Assembly (NCBI GenBank): GCA_010015805.1
Contig: ML978125.1
Coordinates: forward strand, 1,798,001 to 1,862,000
DNA: 64,000 nucleotides
From: Rhizodiscina lignyota
Taxonomy: Eukaryota
Direction: 5' to 3'
Positions within the stretch are counted from its first letter, which is position 1. Each line of letters starts with the position of its first letter. Positions 49,446 to 61,443 of this stretch are shown here, one piece after another. A program made the position numbers and the translations under genes. The notes below the pieces were generated by a model. That model was not told the DNA's origin. It did no database searches and saw nothing but the letters and a program-made list of their open reading frames with translations.

Positions 49446-51619
49446 ATGGCTGTCACGACTTCTGGACCTAATGCCTGCGAGACATGCCGGTCCATTCTCG
49501 CAGACAAAGACCTCCTCAAACGTGCTCGGTCCGAGGAAGGCTTGAACTTTGAAGTCAGTCGCGAATGCTTTCAGGACTCTGTACAGCGAGGCTGTGGTAT
49601 ATGCTCTACCTTCCATGAGATGGCAAACCAAGGTAGTTTGGCAGAAATCAGAGCTCAGGGCCTCTTTGACCCTGAGGAGCTCGACGGACTTGACGAGGAA
49701 GATTTTGAATCAATGGAAGCGTTTCGCGTGCTTGATGCTGCTGGCCAGCCTCTGCCTGCCAAAGCGTCTCTGCCAGGTCGACTGGTCAGAAACATCCATG
49801 CGGAAGTCATGCCTGGAAGAGCTAAGTTTGACATTACATCTTTGAGGATCGCCGCGTGGTCCGCAGAGAATCGGTACCATCTCGATGTTGAATTTGACGC
49901 CTGTGCCGTTGAAGGTATTGTTGGCTTTCACTTCCGCAGTTCAAAGTAACCAGACATGATGCTAATGGAAGACTTCTGCCAGGAGGCCTCGCTGCGAGAT
50001 ATGTCAGAACACGTCCGCTAAATCCATTTGTCTCCTCCGCGAGTAGCTTTGCCATGGTAAGAAAGTGGGTGTCAGACTGCGTTAATTCGCATGCACACTG
50101 CCCAAAGCCGAAGCAATCTCTCCCGTCTCGACTAATACTCATCGAGAGCGAAGACAGTATGGCATCTTACCGTATCGTTAGTACTGAGAAGATTGGCCAG
50201 GTATCCTACGCTGCATTGAGCTACGTTTGGGGCGGACCTCAACCCGTCATGCTCACTCAAGCCAATATCCCTGTCATGACCAGCCATATCGACAGTGCAT
50301 CGCTTCCGAAGACTGTGCTTGACGCTCTTCATACAACACGGAATCTTGGCCTGCAATATCTCTGGGTCGATGCTCTTTGCATAATTCAGGATTTAGAGGC
50401 CGATAAGAACCACGAGATTGCTCGTATGGACGAGATATACCACAGCGCGTATGTGACCATTTGCGCCGCTAGCGCTTCCAGCTGCCGAGCTGGGTTTCTG
50501 GAAGACAAGTCCCAGGAATTCCCGGGTGTCCCTGCTCGGCCTGTATCTCACATCATTTTCCCTTGTCCAGATGGAAGGTTGGGTGAGATTCAACTCACGC
50601 CGACGCGGACTTACGATCCAATTATGGAACCACTCAACAGCCGCGCATGGTGTTTCCAAGAACGCCTGCTCTCGCCAAGGGTCTTGACGTATGGATCGTG
50701 GCAGATGTACTGGCAGTGCCAGACGATGCAGGCTTGTGATGGTGGAGATGTGAGCAGATTTGAGCAGGCAGGAACGGAGAGAATGTCGATGTTCGCTTTT
50801 GATGAAGCGAATAAGGTCGAAGCAGACGCCACAGGTTCGGTGCAGGCACTTTACAGCAACTGGATTGGCCTAATTCAGGAATACAATCTTCGAAACATTA
50901 CGGATCCACAAGATCGACTGCCTGCGCTTGCTGGTATAGCGAAGAAGTACGCCCAGGCCCTTGCAGATGATGATTATTGTGCAGGACTGTGGAAGTCACA
51001 GCTTCTGCCGACGCTTGCATGGCAAAATGGAGATGCAAAGCCGTCGCGGCCGGAACAATATCGTGCACCGACCTGGTCTTGGGTGTCAGTCGACGGAGAG
51101 CTATTCTGGCCTGACGATGCGCAGGTTATGGAGTCATGGATGGCGAAAGATGTTGAGATCCTCGATTGCCACATCACGCCATTATCCGCAGATGTCCCTT
51201 TTGGCAGGGTCAAAGATGCGTCGCTGACAATTAAGGCTTGGACAAAGACCGTGATATGGGATGGACGCGTACATACTGCGCAAGGCATTGAAGGATACGA
51301 AATGGCCCTCGATATTCTTCCCCTAGAGTGGGAAGATCAAGAACCAGGTGAAGATGAGATGGATGCTATTCTTGGAAGAGACAGAACGGATCTGAAGTAT
51401 CAGATTCCGGTAACATATACCGAGTTTACTGCTGATGGGGAGCGAGTGATGCCAATCACCCTGATGAGGATTACAGATATTGCGGCGCTCATACTCGAGA
51501 AAGACGCAGAGCACACTCACAGGAGGTTGGGTCTGGCAGTATTCCAGTCGCCGGACGGTTCAGATGACGCTGATGCTTATTTCAGCGATGGACAGGTGCA
51601 AACTTTGGTCATCCTGTAG
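49446..51619 (+). CDS. HET-domain (heterokaryon incompatibility) protein, one intron
   Basis: WVSDCVNSHAHC, LPSRLI, YAALSYVWG, LPKTVLDA, YLWVDALCIIQD, EIARMDEIY, LNSRAWCFQERLLSPR, DRLPALAGIA, YCAGLW, YRAPTWSW. Confidence 0.95.
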
Positions 51620-52820
51620 CAAACATCGAGAGACGGTAAGCCCGCCGGTGGGTTCGGACTTCGCAGAGCTGCCTCTACGCCTGGATGGCCTTGCTCAAGC
51701 CTTGCCACTCCTTCCATGCAGTAATGACGATGACAATGAATGACGTGGCTGGCTGGCCATACCTTATCTCCACCAGCCGTGTGAAGCAGGCTATGGGCAT
51801 TGTTCTGCCACGCGGGTTCATGTAACGATCTAAACCGGTCTTTGTCCTTGCAGAGGTTGGCACGGCTTGGCCGTATGTCAGTGAAGTGGCATGGCGCAAC
51901 ATTGGCTCTTTCGTGCGGCATTTCCTGCCTTACGATGAGTAGCAGGAGGTGAACAGTCCTGTCGATTGAGTGGGCCTGCAATTTGCGCGCCGTGTAATTT
52001 ATGATTCCGCTTTGCGCTTTAGCAGACTCGCGGCCAATCAGCGGGCGCCGCGCGATTTCGATCTGCAGGTACAGCGGAAGGTGCGCAGGTAAGACCCCTG
52101 CTAACCCCTGCTATTCGTTTCATTATCCGCACATGGCCCTTTGTACCACCACAACACGCCCTCGATTGCCTATCGCCTTCAGCGCCGCCCTCTTTTCTAT
52201 TTTCGCTCCTTCATCCCACACTCTTTCTCCTCTCTTTTCGTTCTCTACATCGGCTCCGCCTCCCGTCAAGCTCAGAACGCGGTCGACTACTTTCTTCCCT
52301 ACATTCACTCACTCCAAGGCTCATAGCCAGCTTCACTCTTTTCACTCACGCTCGTTCCCGCGAGGCAGCGCAATTCCAGCCTTTGGCCAAGCCGCATTCC
52401 ACAAGGACAGCGTGCCCAGCTCTGCGTTTCTCCAGCCTCGAACGCTCGAGACTCTCTGTCCACATTCCTGAGATCTAAAGCAACAACAAGCGACTCTTAG
52501 CTTTTACTCTCAGAGTTACCCGCTCAGGCCTTCCTTGAGCACCTGCTCCTGTACGGACTTCACGCTCACTTCGAGTTACTTGTCAATCGCTACCAGTATC
52601 GACGCGAGAGAAACGCGCCCACATTCCCTCTGCCACGTTAGTTTAGACGACAATACGCGCTTATTATTATCATCAAACCGGTGTTACTGAATTCTAGGCA
52701 TTCTTCCTCCGCGGAGCTGGTCATCAACACAACACTGTTGCTCGATTATCGCCGCTGGCCGGTCGTTGCTTTCTATCATTCGTACATATCGCGAAGCGTA
52801 GACGCAGCACCACTCTCAAA

Positions 52821-54137
52821 ATGAAGACCGGTAGCTTCATCGTTCTCTCCCTCCTCGGACTGGCCGCAGCGCAGCCACATGGTAAGCCTCGAAACAACAT
52901 CATTATGTGTTGAGATCTGACTACTACAGGCCATCACCGTCATGCTCGCTTCCACAAGGAGAAGCGCGAGCTCATCACCGACACCGTAACGGTTGTCGCG
53001 ACGGCCCCAGCTGCTGTCGTCTACGTCGATCCTGAGGGTCACGTTCTGTACACCTCTCAGGCCGCTGGACAGGTCGCAGCAGCAGCAGCTACTTCCTCGA
53101 CTCCAACTCCATCCTCATCTCCTGAGCAGAATGCGGCCCCTGTTGCGCCGCTCTCCTACAGCATGCCGCCACCCCCACCAGCCTCGACTTCCTCGTCGAC
53201 CTCGTCTTCTACCCCACCACCTTCCACGACCGCTCAGGCAACGCCTACGACTACTGAAGCTCCAGCTCCTCCAGTCACAACCGCGACTTCCGTCGCTGGT
53301 GGCACCGGTGGCTACATCGGTTCTACTCCTTCAGCCACTCCTGCTGCTGGTGGCAAGGAGGAGTACGGCGTCTCCTTCTCGCCCTACAACGCCGACGGCA
53401 GTTGCATGGACCAAGGTCAAGTCGACTCCTGGTTCTCCAAGTTGCCCCCATTCGGTATTGTGCGCTCCTACGGTGTTGACTGCAATCAAGTCTCGACGAT
53501 GATCTCCGCGGCCAAGGCGAACAACATGAAGGTCTTCCTCGGAATCTTCGATCTCTCGCAGGCGTCAAGCGAGATCAGCACTTTGATCAGCGGCGTCAAT
53601 GGCGACTGGAGTGGCGTCTGGGCTGTCTCCATCGGCAATGAGGACGTCAACCAGGGCAAGGCCGCTCCCGCGGATGTCGTGACCGCACTCAACAATGGCC
53701 GCACCCAGCTCCGCAGTGCAGGCTACAACGGCCCCGTCGTGCACGTCGACACGTTCAACCAGATCATCGACCACCCTGAGATGTGCGAGAACTCTGACTT
53801 CGCTGCTGCCAACTGCCACGCTTTCTTCGACCCGAACACTTCTGCCCAGAACGCCGGCGACTTCGTGCTCAACCAGGCGCAGCAAGTGGCCAAGGCTTGC
53901 GGCGGCAAGAACACCTGGATCACCGAGTCGGGATGGCCGCATGCTGGCCTGACGAACGGCCAGGCAGTTCCCAGCCCGGAGAACCAGCAAGACGCGCTCA
54001 ATTCGCTCCGCAGCAAGTTCTCGAGCAACATCATCTTCTTCAGTGCGTTCAACGATCTGTGGAAGGTGAACAATGCTGGCACGTTCGACGCAGAGCAGTG
54101 CTGGGGCATGTTTGACTCCGACATCAAGGGATTCTAA
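52821..54137 (+). CDS. GH17 cell-wall beta-1,3-glucanase/transglucosylase (Scw4/Scw10/Scw11-like), one intron
   Basis: Signal peptide, HRHARFHKEKR, S/T/P linker, SPYNADGSC, VRSYGVDCNQV, VSIGNEDVN, AAANCHAFFD, WITESGWP, FSAFNDLWK. Confidence 0.93.
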
Positions 54138-55370
54138 GCGTCCTGCTAACGCTTTTCTTGCTGACTTGCTTCTACACCAGCATGGCGGACATTCTGTTTT
54201 TTGACTTCTTTCTTTTCTTTCTTCTGTGGGACGAGTCACTTCGACTCGTCATTTGATGTACGACACGGTTTCGATCCGCAGCGTGCGGGCCGTCTTCAGC
54301 ATAGGGCGGCGAAAGGCGACTGGCCTATGAAATAACATGGATAGCTACCAATGAAACCCAGTAGCTTAACAGCCTAGAGTGTTCCATTGTGCTGTACTCA
54401 TGATGTGATTGATGTGATGAGTGACTGAAGACGAGCTGTCACTCAACGTTCCCATATGACTTCCATGAGTCTCCCAGTTTGTTGCCTGTGGAATATAGTT
54501 ACGAATATCTCCCCATTTGTGACTATACATAGCTGGTTGTTGATGTATAGCTGATAATCCATAGTGATGTGTATGAATGAGTCTTTAGAGATTTCATTCA
54601 GTCAAGCGCAATATTGTCAAGTGAAGGCTTGGTCAGCAGGCGCAGATGCTATTGCTACCGTATCGCATGGAATACTTGCCACTTCTTGCTGGAGTATATC
54701 ATGCTTTAAGAGACGCTGTAGAGAATCTAATCAAGCTTCATGAATTGACGCAACAGGCGCCTAATCCATGGAGGCGTTGTAATCCTCGAAGCTTCGCTGA
54801 CATGCGAGATGAGTCTCGTCGTAATTCTACCCTGAATACTGACTACCTCTAATCGGACTGCAATGACGTTCAACGAACTTCCGAGGACAGTACAATCGAA
54901 GGTCGTAAATGCATGTGCATAAGGCGGGACGAAGGCCATCAACATAATACTCAGAGCTCCGCAAGCGCCGATCTGTGTTGCTCCTATGGTACTTCAAGGA
55001 ATACAGTGATTTCAGAGGAGCTACAGAGATTGTAGAAGGGATGCCGTGGACCGTACAATTAGCATTTGCTAACCTATGTAGCAATCGTTGAATCCGTACA
55101 ATTGCTCTTGTGGCAGAGCCTCCACAGGCATTGAAGATATGCTCTCTGGATATTGCCGCAACATACTTGGCCGTTTTAGACCTGGATGAAATCCGCTTCA
55201 AAGATCATCCTCGATATCTACACTCTTGCGCTACAGCCTAGTATTACATGCTCCTGAGCTACTCTTAGTTTTAAGGCGAGATCGTGCCTCACTCGCGATT
55301 CAATCAAAAAGCTCGTTGATATCAGGGAGAGATATTGTATTCGATGCTGCGATTTGAGAGATACCAATGG

Positions 55371-56563
55371 CTACCGTTTACCTGGAGCATTAATGACATT
55401 TCTTGAGAAGGTTGCGCTAAGACCGTTATCTAGTGTCCTTGCTCTTTCTTTGGCTGTGATGCCAGTGCGGTCCGTGACGGGAGTAGCGTTGATGATGTTG
55501 TCGAACTCGTCGTCCTCGCCGATGTCCCCGTCTGAGGCATCTGAATCATAGTCGCTGGATGGCGGAGGAGGTTTCGCTGGTGGCTGGGGTGGAACTTGTG
55601 AAGATATCGTGATGTGTCTCTTCTCGCTCTCTGATGGGTTGGCGAAAGGTTTCGATTGCAAGACTCGTCGTCTGAGCTCTGCCATCTCTTCTTCGTCATC
55701 CGATTCCGGGGGCAGTTCATATGGATCTCTTTCTTCATCTTCATCCTCTTCACTGCCGTCCTCATCATTATCTTCACCACTTTTCTTTTCTCCTTCGTCA
55801 CTCTCACCGCCCTCGTCGAGCAGACCTTCCTGCTTCGGTTTCTCCCTGCCCCTCGCCCTGTCCCATTCCCTTTCTAGCTGCTTCATATAGTTCTCCTCTG
55901 CCTTCTTGATCTCCTCATCATCCTTGCACTCCACATAGGCATTCAGAACGTCCGCGTTGATCTTGAGGAACTCTTCACCATACGAGAACGGCGCCAGAAC
56001 GTCCTCCGCCCATTCCTTTTGACCACAGATGTAAAAGCAAGCAGCAAGGGCCTCCGCACAATTGAGTCGCCATGGCCGGCCGTAGTTGATGCTGTTCGCT
56101 GCAACGAGGTAGGGCAGGAGGCGCTCGTGTTTGCCGCCGATGCGCGCAAAGGGTACTTCTTCAACGCGGTTCCAGGAGCATTCTACGACGGCGGCGCCGA
56201 ATTGTTCGAGTACTGGGGCGTCGGCTGAAGAAACGTACTTTTTGCCTTTGGGACTATAGCAGCAATTAGGGTAACAATCTTATGGCCTGTCGAATTCGGC
56301 ACTCACGATACAACGATGCCAGCAAACTTTTGGCCAACGTGCAGCTCCCGCATCAAGCCTTGCCGTATGAGCCTTTTGCCTGAGCAGCGTTTCGCGTCGC
56401 AGTGGCCGAAGTCCCAGCATGCCGCTTTGAACTGTGGTCTTCGATTTACTTGTTCGCCATCGCCTTCGCCGTCTTGTGGTGGGACATTTCTCGAACGCGG
56501 CGGGTTGGAGTACTTCTTCGAGTTTCTGGAAGATGGAAAATTGTCCTTCTTATGGCGGACCAT
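55371..56563 (-). CDS. TSR3: 18S rRNA aminocarboxypropyltransferase, one intron
   Basis: MVRHKKD, FKAACWDFGHCDAKRCSGKRL, AAVVECSW, ERLLPYLVAANSINYGRPWRLNCAEALAA, acidic C-terminal tail. Confidence 0.95.
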
Positions 56564-56828
56564 TTTGAATACTTAGAAAGGAAAAGAGCGGACCTGTTGC
56601 GCAAGATTGGCGGATGTTGTAGAAGTACAGGAACATTTAGTGACGTGCATTGCCATTTGGAAGCTGCCACACTTGCCCCACCGCACCGCATATCACTTGC
56701 TGAGCCTCCAGCCCACCATTCCTGCACTCGTATTCGCAACTGTGTCCCATTGCTGCTTCTGCGCACCCTCAAGTAGCTTTGCTCCAGCACTCTCCTCCGA
56801 ATCTGAACAGCTTCAAACCGCTCTCAAA

Positions 56829-59224
56829 CTGGAGGCAGCTACAGCGCGCAGCTTGGGCCAAGGTCGCTATGGCGGCTTCGGCGAGGCCCCTACCACGCCT
56901 TTGCAGAGATATATCTGTATGCGCTTAATAGTTCAATTTTGAAACTGTATGAATCTATGGCTAACAGATCATAGTAAACGCTTGCGACCCGCAGAACTTC
57001 GAACCAAACCTAGCTCTGAACCTCGAGATTTCAGATCTCATCAATGCGAAGAAGGGCAATGCGTACGAGCTCACATACCTGCTGCCTGTAGAAAGACTAC
57101 ACTGACCGTATGAAGGCCGCGAGAGGCAGCTGTAGCCATTGTCAACTACATAAACCACCGCAATCCCAACGTCTCATTACTCGCTCTCAGCGTAATACCA
57201 ACCTTCTACCGAGTCGTGCCAAGATCCTCCAATGAAAGGCGCTAACCATTACTCCAGCTCCTCGATATATGCGTCAAGAACTGCGGTTATCCATTCCAAC
57301 TTCAGATCAGTACGAAGGAGTTCTTAAACGAGCTTGTCCGTCGCTTCCCTGAGAGACCGCCAATACACCCGTCACGAGTGCAAAATCGAATTCTCGAGCT
57401 CATCGAAGAATGGCGGTCGACAATATGTCAAACGAGCAGGTACAAGGAAGATCTGGGGCACATTCGGGATATGCATCGGCTGCTAAGCTACAAGGGATAT
57501 ATATTTCCGGAAGTTAGGAGAGAAGATGCGGCGGTGCTGAATCCAAGCGATGTAGGTCCCCTGTGGTGTGTCTATATGTGGGATGACATGTAGCTTACCA
57601 ATACCTAGAATCTACGATCCGCGGAAGAGATGGAAGAGGAGGAGAAGGCGGCGCAGTCAGCCAAGCTACAGGAGTTGATTCGAAGAGGTGGACCGCAAGA
57701 CTTGCAAGAGGCGAACCGTTTGATGAAAGTCATGGCTGGATACGATACTCGAAACAAAACGGACTACAGAGCTAAAGCTGCAGAAGAGGTTTCCAAGGTC
57801 CAGCAGAAAGCGAAGCTCCTGGAAGACATGTTGCAAGGTCAGAAACAGGGAGAACAAGTGCAAGAAGGCGACGTCTATGAGGTTAGAAGCTCCAACATTT
57901 TGAAGTATCAGATCGCTCACTTCATTGCAGGATCTTGCAAATGCGCTGATGAGCGCACATCCAAAGATCCAGAGGATGTGCGAGGAGGAATCAGATGACC
58001 ATGAAGCTGTTGCTAAACTCTTGGAGATCAACGATTCAATACATAGGACCATCGAGCGGTACAGGCTCATCAAGAAAGGCGATGTTGATGGCGCAAACAG
58101 GATACCAAAGGGCACACTAGGAACGAGCGGAGCTGGCGTGACAAAGGGCCCAGACAACGAGCTATCGCTGATAGATTTCGGGGAACCGGAAGACCAAGCT
58201 GCTGCAGGTGCACCTCCCTCAGCTTCATCGACATCTGCTGGTGCTTCTTCAGCCGTTCAAGGAAACCCACTTGAAGACGACTTAATAGGTCTTTCAATAG
58301 GCGGAGACACGTTTGGTCAAGGGGGTGGCATTTCACTCAGCTTGTCGAATGGTCCTCCGATTCCCGCCCATGCGCAGAGTCCGATTCCTACGATCACTCA
58401 GCACTCACCACCGCCGCAGCAGCAACCTGCAGTGCCGAAACCCAACTACGATCCTTTCGGCCTCGGGGATGTCTCGTCATCGCCAGCTCCTCCTTCAAAC
58501 TCAATGGCTTCTGTGTTCGGACAACCTCCAGCTCAGCATCAGCCCGCACAACCTCGTGATCCGTTTGCTTCCCTCGCACAATCAACTACACCGCGGCAAG
58601 GCTCCCCGTTCCAATTCCAGCAGTCGGTGAACCGCACTGCGTCGCCAGCAATTGGCTCTGCTACGCTTTTCGACCTGGGAGGAAGTGCTCCAAGCTCCCA
58701 TCCCGCGTCCCCAAAGCCACCAATGAGTATGCATCAACCGAAGCCTAGCACAAGCTCGGCAGCCGCTCCAGATGACGAGTGGACGTTTTCGTCAGCTTTG
58801 CCGGACCAGTCGCACGATTTGAACGTGACGAATTCAAGCGTCAATGTAACGTGGAATGTGTCGAGACCAACAGAAGCAGAGGATATCATTCTGATCAAGT
58901 CGCGGATATCGAACAACACAGCGCAGCCTCTGTCGGACTTTACCTTCCAGGTTGCTGTGACTAAGGTAATATTTGTTTGCTCCTGAAATCGTCTGCCCAC
59001 GAGCTAACGTGGTTTCTCAGAGCTACACCCTCAAGCTAGAGCCTCAATCAGGCCGAGCATTGGGTCCAAACCAGTCCAACGGCATTACACAGACAATTAA
59101 ATTATATGGTGTAGAGAAAGGCAAAGGTGGTGCAGTGAAGATGCGATGGAAAGCTTCGTACGTGCTTGGTATGGAGGGCAGGAAAGACGAGCATGGCGAG
59201 ATCAGCAATTTGGGCATTTCATGA
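56829..59224 (+). CDS. GGA2: GGA-family clathrin adaptor (VHS-GAT-GAE), multi-exon; apparent CTG start
   Basis: TPLQRYI/LNACDPQNFEPNLALNLEISDLIN, LDICVKNCGYPFQLQISTKEFLNELVRRFPE, AQSAKLQELIRRG..DLQEANRLMK, LSLIDF, C-terminal ear domain FQVAVTK/SYTLKLEPQSGR. Confidence 0.88.
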
Positions 59225-59400
59225 TGTAGCGTCTCGACAGGAATGATTGGCGAATATCCAGGACACATCAGTTCGCACAAGAAAATGTGTGATTTAGAGA
59301 CCAATCGGTATTGCAGAATTTGAGCGGTTTCATGCTGATTTTGTTAAAGGGGATGAGTGGAGCGGGAAACCCCCATCGCCCATCCGAGCTCGACTTCACG

Positions 59401-61167
59401 TCAAACGCCTGAGTAGATCGCTGTGACCCCTCTCCCACATTCCACTCTCTGCTCCATATCCACCCACCGCCCGCCCACCTTGACCTGTTTCTTAGGCGTG
59501 ATCTGAAACCGATGTTCCTCTCGGCCCCTAACCTTCCTCTCCGCCTCCTGATCAAGTGGCTGTATGTAAACTGGATTGCTCACATTATTCCTCTTGCCAG
59601 TACCGAGCTGATAGAACTCGTTGTTCCCCCAAAACAGAATATCTGCGCCCCAGTTCGTATCATTCTCGCTGCTCCGAGACGACGCTCCGAGATGGGTCAC
59701 ATTATCCATTACTGCAGAAACGTGCGTCGCCCCCGCTGATATGCGCGCAAGCCGGATTGGGATCGTTCTGTGCGCCTTCTCGTCGTATTCGAAAAGTCCC
59801 GATAGCGCTGGAATCTTCGTCGGCAGATTCTGTACGTGCGTCCAGCGCCCGTTGCCCAGCGCGCCCCAGATACCGTGCCCACACGCCCATGTGTCGGCCG
59901 TCACAGTGCCGAGGCGGGCTCGCGTTATGGCATCATTCTCGTCGTCCGGCGATGCGACGCGCGTAGCGTCGACGGTGAAGAAGGTGTTGTTCCCACCGGC
60001 GGCGATGGTAGTGACGCGCGCGCTCTGACTGGTGCCGGAATACAGACGCTGGATGGGGACGAGTGCTGGCGCATCGACGATGCTACTGTCGGCACTGTAG
60101 TCGAAGCCCAACTGGCCGTAGGAGTTGTCGCCAAAGGCGAAGAGGCGGCCGGCACGGTCGAGAGCAAGGGAATGGTAGTCGCCCGCTGCAACGGACGTGA
60201 TGTCGAAGCCATGGAGGGTGCTAATCTCATGGGGTTGGTCGTATGATCCTGGGGGTCGTGTCGACCACGTAAGGCCAGGAATGCCCAGTTGGCCTTTGGT
60301 TGGGAAGTCTTGCGAGCCGGAGGCTGCTGCGAACACACGGCCTTTGTTGGTGAGTAGTAAGACATGTTCGAGACCGCCAGCGACGGAGGAGACTTTTTCA
60401 CCATAGGGGAGCGTAGTTGGCTGGAGATAGCGTAGGCTTATGCTGGAACTTGACTTCCAAAAGGGGATCCAGGAGCTTTGTGACTGCTTCGCGCCGTCTT
60501 GTTGCTCTTCTTTTGAGACAGGAATTGAATAGACAGTTCCGTCTGATCCTAGACCGACTATTCGATCTCGAGACATGGTTATTGAAATGAGATCTTTTCC
60601 TTTCAGCGTCACAGCGGGATTCGCATGATCGTCTGCATAGCCAATGCCCCACTGCAACAGGTCTCCACGCTCATTAATTGCAGCACCTGAATCCCTATCA
60701 AGCTTCATATCCCGAAGAAATATACCATCAAAGAACGGTAACCTCCTTGGCGTCTTGATAAACTTCTCATCCGAGTCAGGAACCACTACTCTTCCGGAAT
60801 TCGAGCCCCAAGCATACACCCCTGGATTCTCCCAGCTCTTCTTGACTTGTAGATGCTGGGAACTAATGATGTCTCTGTTTTCTTCTTTTGACGACGGTTT
60901 CCGTCTTGGCCTCTCAAATTCAAGCTCAGATTCTGGAGGAGGCTCTTCCGCATGCGCCGATGTAAACACTGGAAATCCATTTCGATACTGATACACGCCA
61001 ATCACAACGCCTCCAAAAGCTGCCCATGCGACAATATCAGGCCAAGTTTTAAGTTCATGATGCCGAAGAGGCCGCTCAGCATTACTACTTTGAAAGCGTC
61101 GAGAAGTTCGAATGAACGTCTTTGCTAGTCTGGTCGCGTGTCTCGGTCTGCAGGCTGCGCAGATCAT
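59401..61167 (-). CDS. FMP25: Mitochondrial RCC1-like repeat protein Fmp25/Bca1
   Basis: Basic presequence, TM AWAAFGGVVIGVY, SQHLQVKKSWENPGVYAWGSN, RCC1 repeats (GGLEHVLLL, AGDYHSLAL, FGDNSYGQLG), WGNNEFYQLGTGKRNN. Confidence 0.88.
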   Translation of the reverse strand: MICAACRPRHATRLAKTFIRTSRRFQSSNAERPLRHHELKTWPDIVAWAAFGGVVIGVYQYRNGFPVFTSAHAEEPPPESELEFERPRRKPSSKEENRDIISSQHLQVKKSWENPGVYAWGSNSGRVVVPDSDEKFIKTPRRLPFFDGIFLRDMKLDRDSGAAINERGDLLQWGIGYADDHANPAVTLKGKDLISITMSRDRIVGLGSDGTVYSIPVSKEEQQDGAKQSQSSWIPFWKSSSSISLRYLQPTTLPYGEKVSSVAGGLEHVLLLTNKGRVFAAASGSQDFPTKGQLGIPGLTWSTRPPGSYDQPHEISTLHGFDITSVAAGDYHSLALDRAGRLFAFGDNSYGQLGFDYSADSSIVDAPALVPIQRLYSGTSQSARVTTIAAGGNNTFFTVDATRVASPDDENDAITRARLGTVTADTWACGHGIWGALGNGRWTHVQNLPTKIPALSGLFEYDEKAHRTIPIRLARISAGATHVSAVMDNVTHLGASSRSSENDTNWGADILFWGNNEFYQLGTGKRNNVSNPVYIQPLDQEAERKVRGREEHRFQITPKKQVKVGGRWVDMEQRVECGRGVTAIYSGV

Positions 61168-61443
61168 TGTCAGAAATGAGATTGTATTTGAAATGCCAGG
61201 TACAAGACAACTGGAGACTGGAGACTGCTCAGAAGAGAACTTCAATCATTAATTACACAAAGGAGAAGAGAATAAACAATATCTGACCATCCATTGTACT
61301 TCATCTCCTAAACGTCATTGACTTTATATCGGCGGCTTGTTTCGCCGAGCTCCGCCGGAATTCTGCCGCGCGCCTGCTCCATAAACAGCAGCTCGACCTT
61401 CGAATAGTGGAGGGATAATTGCGATGCATTTGAGCGACAGAAA

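Noticed and set aside
54646..55200. Possible decayed gene (MTFNELPRTVQSKVV resembles an F-box start)
   Set aside because: Short frames broken by stops; the similarity is too weak to support without a search.
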